Source: Paraspadella gotoi
Lineage: Eukaryota; Animalia; Chaetognatha
Direction of reading: 5' to 3'
Assembly (NCBI GenBank): GCA_051294375.1
Contig: CM119264.1
Coordinates: 8,864,764 to 8,928,763 of the forward strand
DNA: 64,000 bases
Made by a program: the position numbers and the translations under genes. Shown here piece by piece: positions 55,622-64,000 of the stretch. The notes below the pieces were generated by a model. That model did not search any database and was not told where the DNA came from. It worked only from the letters and a program-made list of their open reading frames with translations. Positions within the stretch are counted from its first letter, which is position 1. Every line of letters begins with the position of its first letter.

Positions 55622-56320
55622 ACAGAACGATCTTAATCACCCAGATGCTTGGCGATGAAGGTGACGAAACCCGAGAAAGAAAATATGACAAAGTGGAATG
55701 ACGACGACGACGACGACGACGACGATTGACGGCGTCGTTTATGTTCTGAGTTCGTGACTGCGAAGTCGTGAGACGGTTGGTGAGGAAATAAACAAGAAGA
55801 GAGAAGAGAGGAGAGAGGAGACGACAGGACGAGGAGGAGGAAAAAGAAGATAAAAGAGATGATGACAGAGATGTTATGAATATGCTAAGGACGATGAGGA
55901 AGACGACGACGACGACGGCGACGACGATGAGTACGATTATGATTATGATGATGACCTGGAGCTGGATTAGCTGGTTTTTGAGCTGGAATTGGAGAAGCAA
56001 GGCGGAGGGAAAAAAGGAAACATGGAAGCAGGGTAAGAAAAAAAGAATAAAATTTGACGATGTTCCAACGACGACGACAGCGACGACGACGACTATGACA
56101 GCGACGACGACTTTGGTCCCTTAGGATTTCTCGCCCAACGGGTGTGAGCAAGCGAGAAAGATCCCCCACTCGCCCTGAACGAACCAAACTTTGAATATAA
56201 CGTCTCTGAAATTTTATTTAAACTCTTAGACTTAAAGGATTATCTTTTTGCAATAAAATTGACTTTGAGCTCCTCTAACTCTACCAATATGAAATTACAT
56301 ATGAACAAATTATATTTACC
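55622..56320 (+). repeat. Segment present three times (also ~49280-50005 and ~54130-54750)
   Basis: CGATCTTAATC(C)ACCC(C)AGATG ... CTCTTAGACTTAA is shared; this copy is the cleanest. Confidence 0.9.
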
Positions 56321-56341
56321 TTAAACCGAGAAAGGCCTTTT

Positions 56342-56394
<53 letters not shown>

Positions 56395-56795
56395 TCTCTC
56401 TCTCCTCTCTCTCTCTTTTCCTCTTTCCCACTCGTCTAAACCGACGACGTCATTGCGTCTCAGCTGTTGACGCTTCTCTATTTTGTCACAAGAAGGGGCC
56501 CAAGGGGGGCACACGCCAACATCACTTCAAACCACAATCTTTTAAAGTAAACGTGAAACCTTAATGACGTCAAACTCTTCAAAGACTTAAAGCACGAGGC
56601 AATCGTCTTATCGTACTGAAGCGGAAAAAAAAAACGTCACTACAGCATAATTGCTGCAAAATCACAGAGACGCAAGGCAACGTCACCAGATTTCTGTGAT
56701 GTCTTTCACGGCAACTTCTGCGTTAAGTCAAACAATCTCTATTGATTCCCACGTGACTCGGTTTTCACCGCCCAGACGAGCCACGCCGCGGACCA

Positions 56796-56837
<42 letters not shown>

Positions 56838-57124
56838 AGCTGACGAAGCCGCCGCCGTCTCGCCAATTTATTGGGGAAATTTATCTTGTAGGGAAAAAAA
56901 AAGAGAGTAATTTAGTAAAAAGTTGCTCTTTCCTATTCCGCCGGATAATTTATGTGAGTAACCCTCGGGGCTCCCCCACGTTCTTTCTATGTTTTATTTC
57001 TTTCTTTATCTTTTTCCTTTACTTGCCACAATCTCTTGATTTTCCCCCTTTTCTCCTTGCAGAAGAACACGCGTTAGACTTTTCAAAATCCGAAATTACG
57101 CCACTCTTCATTAATGTAAGTGAA

Positions 57125-57163
<39 letters not shown>

Positions 57164-57630
57164 GAGTAGGAAGAGGAGTAGGAGATGGAGGAAGTGGAGG
57201 AGGATATGATATGATTCACTGATATGCTAAAGCCTTCAGAAACATAATTATTTTTACAAGATTATGAGATTCTGTTAATCTACATTAAAACTGATATTAA
57301 TTATATTAATTAATTATCGAACACTTTATGGGATTAGAAAGAATTTCAATATAAGAAAAATAGCTAAAGTATTAGTAATTTACAATAAGTCTATTTTTTT
57401 TCGCTTTCATCGATTTAACTTCGTTCGATATACACATTTTGTCGTTTTAAAAAGTAAATAGTCGATGCCAAAAATAACGGATGATAAAAGAAATATTTGA
57501 TAAGGTTTTCTCATCGAAACGAGATTCACGTATCTTATTAGACATTAACGTACAAAGTTTTGTGGATGATCCTACAAAATTAATTTGAAATATTTTTTTT
57601 CTTTTATAAAACAAAATCGTATTCAAGAAA

Positions 57631-58881
57631 ATGTGGCGTTCGTCGTTCTTCGTCGTCTTCGCCTTCGCCGTTTTCGTGACTCTGTCCCGCGCAAACTTGA
57701 GTGAGTAAAAAGAGTGCGGAAATGAAAGAGGTGAGGCAGGTCGAATAGGACTGTAAATGGGGGCCAAATTAAAATGGATACAGAAGGTCGAGAAAAGTCG
57801 GATAAGAAAGGAGGAAGGCGGTTGATCAAAAGAATAAAAGAAGTTGATAAAGAAATGATGGTAAAGATGAAAAAAAAAAACCAACTCTTTAGGTCCAGGT
57901 TATTTCGATCGATCTCTCCCTCTGACGAACATTCTTGAAACTTTTAACTGTGAAAAACTATTTTCTTCTTTTCAGTTTTCAAAGAGATCGATTTTACGAC
58001 GGCATCCGGGGCTCATCCACACGCCACCTCTACTTATGGCTCGGAATACTCGGAATACAACGCCTTCAAGAAAGTTACCAACCTCTTTTGGCTCAGCGCG
58101 CCGGATCAGAACTTACCCCAGTTACTTTGGTAACTAATTTTTCAAGAATATTTATTATTTTTTTATTCATCGTTTCACTAAAAAGTGAAATGTTATAACT
58201 CTAACTCTCTCTATCTCAATTGTTGATAAAAGCTTCTTATTTCCAAAACCGAGGTTTCCCCGACATCTTAAATATGAAATTGTGGACGCGCTATATTAAC
58301 CCCTGTAATAAAACCCCAGCAACCCCATTTTAATCCCCAACCCCAATCCTCCTTCAAGGTACGACTTCGCTGACCAGTCCAAAATCCAACCCTATTCCGT
58401 CTCCTTCCAACCCGTCGACCGGACCTTCTGCGAGGACCACGGCTGGTGCGGACCTCTCAACTGGGAGTTTATTGGCAGCCCAGATAAGGTTATAAGTGAA
58501 ATCGAGAAAGAAAATCGGAACGAGATTGACCAAAAAGTGTAAAAGAGCGAAAGTGTCTTTTTCATTAGTCCACTACAATTTTCTCTTTGCTGGCCCTACA
58601 ATTTAGGCTAAATGATAAAAACAAAAACCCAAAAATCCCTATTTGAAACTCCTTCCTGCTTCCATTTTTAAATCTTCCAGGGATGCGACGAAACGTCTCC
58701 GTGGCAGACGCTCTGCTCCGGCGCGGACGTCAAACCTTTCGAGTTGAAGACGCAGACTAAGCGCTGTGTCGTCGTCACAACCGAATCCTTCAGTTGTCTG
58801 GGGATTCGATTCCTTAAGTCACCACACACGGAAAATGCGTGGGTGGGAGTCACCAACGTCAGAATTTGGGAAAGGGTGTGA
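57631..58881 (+). CDS. Secreted single-domain F5/8 type C (discoidin/CBM32, galactose-binding-like) protein, 184 aa
   Basis: Exons 57631-57700 (signal peptide MWRSSFFVVFAFAVFVTLSRA), 57976-58129, 58359-58488, 58681-58881; GT-AG introns, phases 1,2,0; 555 nt in frame. Motifs ATSTY..YNAF..FWLS..PQLLWYDF..YSVSF..WEFIGS..WQTL..LGIRF..VGVTNVRIW fit this beta-sandwich fold. Not in the ORF track because the exons are short. Confidence 0.85.
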
Positions 58882-59182
58882 TTGCAAGAACTTAAAATAA
58901 TCGAGTATTGGTCGTTCTGAAAAACGAGCTTTTGTACCGAATTAGTAAATATAATAATTAGGCGAAAACAAGATGCTTGTTAAATGTTAATTAATGTTAC
59001 TAATGTTTTGCCGATACTTTATAAGCCTATTTCAAATATAAAACTTATGTATTTCGACTTTATTTTGGGTAAAAAAATTAAAACTCAGGAGTTATAAAAA
59101 CTCAAACTTCTGTGGTCTCTTTTCTAGATTTCGTATGAGAAAAAAAAGATATTCTGTCGTCTGATGACGCGACGATTCACGA

Positions 59183-61508
59183 TTAAATTAGAATCACCAC
59201 GACGTCGGCGCAGAGACGGTTTCCAACACCACGTCCTCCAACGACGTAGACGACGCCGTCGACCACTGCCGCCTTGTGTCTCGAGATCTCCCTCGCCGTG
59301 AGGGCGTTCTTTCTCTCCCATCGGTTTTTCTCCAAGTCGAGGATCCAAAGACGATCGTCATGGAACCGGTCACTCTGAAATCCCCCGACGAGAAGCAGTT
59401 GTCGACAACTGACGGCGGTCAAGCTCATGGAGGCTCGGGGAGAGGGCAAGGCTTCTGAGTCCACGCGGATTTCCGTCCAAGACTGAGTTGTCATTTCAAA
59501 ACACCACATGTCGTTGAGAAACCTTTTCGGAACAAATCAAAGAAAAAAAATTTATAAGTGGAGGTTAATGCAAACATGTGGATTGTGCGCGAAAATAACT
59601 TCGGTAACTTTTTGAGACTACATCAGTTTACGGTCGTCGTCACACTTCACGGAGGGTTGGCAAAGGGCTGGAGTTCCTCGTGGTCATGTGGTGAGGGCCC
59701 TACTACATAAGCGAACGTGGTCACAATTGAGTTGACTTTTACGTCGTGAATTTAAATTTCACCTTGATCCCACTCCACCGAAGACATAAGCCTTCGTGCC
59801 GACCGTAGCGCAACCCGCTTTCGCCCTCGGCGAGGGTCTCTGCCCCGACCCCTCCACGTCCGACCACCGTGACTCGGCAGGACAGAAGCGAATGAGTTGA
59901 TTGGTGCGGCCAAGATAGTTTCGTTCACCGCCCGGGAGGTTCGACTGTGAAGGTTCGTCGCATTGACCGCCGAAAAAGTAACAGCTCTCCCCGTCCGTCC
60001 ACTCGCACATCAGCCATCGGGCGGTTGGCGTTGGTCCCTCGCAAATGATTTTCGACCACGTTTTTTCGCCGCTGCGATAGAGAGAGAGAGAAAGACAGGG
60101 ACAGAGAAGAGATACAGAGATAAAACTTACGAATAGCTTCGTTAAAAAATTACATTCTATAATCTAAATACCTGTGATATGCGTAGATTCCGTGTAAACG
60201 CGATTCCCCGGCACTCCCGCCGAAGACGTAGAGAACCCCTTGAACGACGACGCCCGAGGCGCAGCTCATCGAGGGGGGAAAGTCACCCGATGTTTCCTCG
60301 CAAAACCAGGAATCAGATCGAGGATCAAATCTCCACATGGAACGAGGATCGAGGAAGCTCTCCTCCTCGTATCCGCTGCACACGTGAATCTGGCCGTCGA
60401 GAGTGACCACCACAGAATCGGAGACCCCGGGAAAAGGGAAGTCTTCGGCGGAGGAGGAATGAGAGATGTTGGTCGTCGTCAAGAGAGAAGAGAGAGAAAC
60501 GTACCAGCGAAGATCTGAGGGAGTTGGGTTACCAGAGATCATTTCAACGGTCGCAAAGGTTAAACCTTCAATTTACCTTTTTCAATTATAAACATCCAAT
60601 GATTCTTCTTCTCGGGAAAATCTTGAAACAGAGCATCGATTATATCCTTATAAAGTAGAAGTAAAACGATATTAATTGGTCAATCTCTAGGATTTTCTGA
60701 GCCATAAGGCGGGTTAGAATTTCGCACTTTTTAACACTAGTTTTTTTGAGTAGCCCCCGGAGCATGACTGATTAGTGGTTACAATTATCGCGGGTTCTTA
60801 AACGATACTTTTGTAAACAGCAGAATATGTCTCGCTGTCAATTTATCAACGTTCTTGTCAAACTCCTCAATCGCAAATAAAGAAATCAAGGTTTATACGA
60901 CCTCAATCTCGCGACGAATCTCGACCCCAACCGTTCCACCGTCCGAGCGCAGCCTTTCGAACTTTGCCGCGGCGCCTTTGACGCGGCTGTCGTCGCTGAC
61001 ATGAGCGAAGAAGCTCGGGACGCAGCGATCGAAGTTGGGAACGAATTCGCCGCGAACGTCGCGAAGGTGGTTGACGGGGGCGAAGTGGTCAAAGTCTTTG
61101 ATGCGCTTGAAAGGCGAAGGTTAGTCATTCCCTCTTTTTTTTCTTTTTTTCACTTTTTGCTTTTTACTTTAAATGTCGTTCGCCTTCGGTAACGTCAATA
61201 AACGAATCTATCGTTTGCTTACCTTTTCTTTTTCTGCGCAACATCGACGCCAAAGCCCCTCCGACCAAATCGACTCGTATTCCATCTCTAGTTTCGTCCG
61301 AAATTGCTCCCTGAACATCTCGGGTCCGAGTTTCTCGAAAAAGTCATTGCTCGTAGTCGTAGAGAGGATGCGGCACTCAGCCGCAGATGCCATGATGTAG
61401 AAGGCTAAAGGGGTTCAATCTTAATGATGAGGGTTGTCTTTCTTTGTTTTTTGCTTTTACTTTGCTTATTTTAGAGATTGATCTTTTCTTTTTACCTGAC
61501 CTGTTCAT
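59183..61508 (-). CDS. Kelch-repeat beta-propeller protein (KLHDC1/2-like) with an additional ~155-aa N-terminal helical domain, ~462 aa
   Basis: Exons (minus) 61508-61496, 61404-61223, 61105-60902, 60646-60577, 60442-60172, 60071-59763, 59522-59183 join in phase (1389 nt). Kelch signatures LYVFGG, CYFFGG, PSPRAKAGCATVGTKAYVFGG, PSPRASMSLTAV..LLLVGG, VYVVGG with conserved W. The tiny first exon is the least certain part. Confidence 0.88.
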
Positions 61509-61823
61509 AACAAGGCTCTCGATTTAACTTCCTCGATTCTCTCCGATTTGGTTTTTCCTTTCGATGTTTTAAATCCTTATTTTTTAAACGAATTCTCAAT
61601 TGGATTCCAAAACATGAAAGGTCTACATGCGCGTCAAAAAACTTTACCTGATCAATGTTTTTTTTTTCCTCGAGTATGAATCATTGTGCTTTTTTAAACA
61701 AATATAAACAAATTTACCTTCAAAAATAAAAAAAATAAAAAAATTACCTACAAAAAATGATAAAAAGAAAAGGAAGCGGAGGAAATTAATGATGACAGTT
61801 ATTTGTTGACAACGTTAATAGCA

Positions 61824-61961
61824 ATGATATGGTTTTTCCTTATCGTCGTTGTCCTATTCTTAAAAGGATGTCAACAATATGAGTGGGATAAAGACGAAGA
61901 AAAGACAAAGAAAAGAAACCAGTTACAAAAACAAATTAAATTCAAGAAGAAATTACAATAA
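61824..61961 (+). CDS. Candidate 45-aa small ORF (hydrophobic N-terminus, charged Lys-rich tail)
   Basis: MIWFFLIVVVLFLKGCQQYEWDKDEEKTKKRNQLQKQIKFKKKLQ*, divergent from the Kelch gene. No other support. Confidence 0.3.
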   Translation: MIWFFLIVVVLFLKGCQQYEWDKDEEKTKKRNQLQKQIKFKKKLQ

Positions 61962-62046
61962 ATATCCTAAATTCCTGGAGCGGGGATGTATGGTTAAAAG
62001 TTCAAGAAAACATCAGAAACATCAGTTAACGATTTAGAGTTTAGAC

Positions 62047-62335
62047 GTATTGTATTGTATTGTATTTATTCATACAGCTGGTCCAAGGACCATGGGCCAC
62101 AGTGGTTTTACAAAACACAAAGTAGATAACAGTAATGCAAACAATAACACGATCAGTAGAGCATCAAAAATAGGTTTTAAAGAACACAGTAAGTTTAAAC
62201 ACTAAATATGATAGAATTAATTCCCAAATTGAGGGGTAACTAAACGTGTTGTCAATATAGATTGAACATAGTTCAATAATAAAAATCATCTGAGTTAGAT
62301 TCTATTTCGTAAATCGCAGTATTTTGTAACAAAAA
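62047..62335 (-). mobile_element. 3' end of a LINE-like retrotransposon, copy 1
   Basis: On the - strand it ends AATAAA followed by (TACAA)n, with a GGTCC-AA-GGACC hairpin just upstream. A KYCDLRNR remnant at ~62327-62304 resembles the C-terminus of non-LTR ORF2. Confidence 0.5.
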
Positions 62336-62342
62336 TGTTTAA

Positions 62343-62403
62343 GAAAGAATAAAAGAATAAAAGAATAAAAGAATAAAAGAATAAAAGAATAAAAATAATA
62401 AAA
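62343..62403. repeat. (AAAAGAAT)n octamer tandem repeat between the two LINE-like ends
   Basis: Direct reading, about 7 units. Confidence 0.9.
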
Positions 62404-62416
62404 GCTACGCAATCTC

Positions 62417-62580
62417 GTATTGTATTGTATTGTTTTTATTCACACAGCGGGTCCGAGGACCATGGGCCACAGTGGTTTTACAAAAACACAAAGCAGATAA
62501 CAGAGATGCAAGCAGTAATACAATAAGTATGACATCAGAAAATTAGATTTCCAGGAACTCAGTAAATTTAAGCAATGAAT
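62417..62580 (-). mobile_element. 3' end of the same LINE-like family, copy 2
   Basis: Substitution-diverged copy of 62047-62200 sharing GGACCATGGGCCACAGTGGTTTTACAAAA and the (TACAA)n tail. Confidence 0.5.
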
Positions 62581-63042
62581 AAATTTTTCCTCATAGAAAA
62601 AAGACGTTTAATTCATATATGCATTGATCATTTGTTTTTGTTTCCTAGACGGCTGCGCTTTTTCGGAAAGCGAAGGAAAATCCGTTTCACTTATCGAAAA
62701 AAAATAGCAAATATTTTAAATGTCTAAAATTTAGACTAAATTTACGTAAATTGTCAATGTTTTAAAATCTTCTCTGTCATAAGCTTTTAATACAGCATGG
62801 ATGTAGTAGAATGTAAGTTCAGTGAAGTTAAAAATATTATTTATTGACACTTATCATGAGATAATCTGAATAACAGAAATTAATTTAATTATTGTCTACG
62901 TTCCAAAAATATTAATTCTACATTAAGATAACCTGAGTTTACACAACTATAAAAATTGACAATTGTCTAAACTTTGAAAGTCAACAAAATTGACTTGTTT
63001 TTTTTTTTATTTTGCTGGAAGAATAATTTCTCATTGGCTTTA

Positions 63043-63140
<98 letters not shown>

Positions 63141-64000
63141 TCTCTCTCTTCTCTCTCTCTCTCTCTCTGTCCCAAGATTTCGCTTTTTTTGTTGGTTTCT
63201 ACTTGTTTCCCTTTAAACAAATCCTTAATTCCATCTTCTATCCTTTTTTTTTTAAATTCTGTAATTCAAAAAAAAAGTAAATAAATGAATAGAGATTATA
63301 AAAAAATTCTTAACTATATTTTATTTAAAAAATCATTTATTTTTTAAATTCGAAGTTATAAGACTGATTTCATATTTTTAATTAAACAAACATTACTTGC
63401 TGTAAGTGGGATAAAATTGTATTGAAATATTTAAAAATAATTTGGACAAGATAATCAAGTCATGCTTGAGCAATTTAGCATTCGTTATTAACAAAGATTT
63501 AGTAAAATAATGAAAAGATTTAAAATCAAAAGAAAAAAAATTAAATGCAAACGAGATGATTCAGAAACGAGTGGGACAGACGTGAGGCCAACACCTTTAG
63601 ATTCCACTTGATTATTTGGAAACGGTTCCTTTTAAAACAAAAAACTGCTATTTTTTTTAAATTTTAAAATATATTTTTATTGTTTTTTTTTCTTATTAAT
63701 TTAGCACATTCAAAAAATAAATCTTAATTTTTAAAAAAACTAAAACTTTTTTTATGAAATGATCCCCTTTGTATTTTTACAAGTTTTCGTCGGCCGGTGG
63801 TTCTTCCTCTCCGTCTGGAAACGCCTTGGCCTTTGAGGCTGTCATCCTATTGGTCCATAATTTCTAACCAAGATGTGATTGGTCGGCAAAAGGAGATAAG
63901 TGAAAATTGAGTTCGTGTCTTGTGTCTCAACGTCGCAAATGGAATCCGACGTTTAGAAAGCGGGGCATTGCTGAAAAGGTAAGTTCTGCTGGGGCTTTTT

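Noticed and set aside
63780-64000. Possible LRR-like peptide NGIRRLESGALLK before a GTAAGT donor
   Set aside because: Too short, no frame is open from the upstream acceptor, and the window ends here.

Overview
Nuclear DNA from an intron-containing invertebrate animal; the taxon cannot be determined from this window. Introns are AT-rich, exons GC-richer, and (AG)n/(AAAG)n/(GAC)n microsatellites are very dense, so most short ORFs in the supplied track are repeat artefacts. Three genes could be spliced by hand with consistent phases. (1) A ~1560-aa + strand protein with a dermatopontin domain, acidic and Ser/Thr linkers, an EGF cluster and a ~900-aa Gln/Gly/Asn-rich tail with furin-like sites (13836-27242); this is the most interesting object. 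(2) A 184-aa secreted F5/8-type-C/galactose-binding-like protein (57631-58881). (3) A 462-aa KLHDC1/2-like Kelch protein with an extra helical N-terminal domain (59183-61508, - strand). A fourth, frameshift-laden - strand gene lies at ~7279-13575. Roughly a third of the window is redundant: noisy direct, inverted and fold-back copies, mostly beside 25-N gaps. These are most likely long-read gap-filling, chimera or uncollapsed-haplotype artefacts. Smaller observations include splice donors depleted of +5G, an 8-bp array of nuclear-receptor half-sites, paired LINE-like 3' ends and a possible HINE element. No prokaryotic-type system, CRISPR array, rRNA or tRNA was seen. All family assignments come from motif recognition by eye, not database searches.
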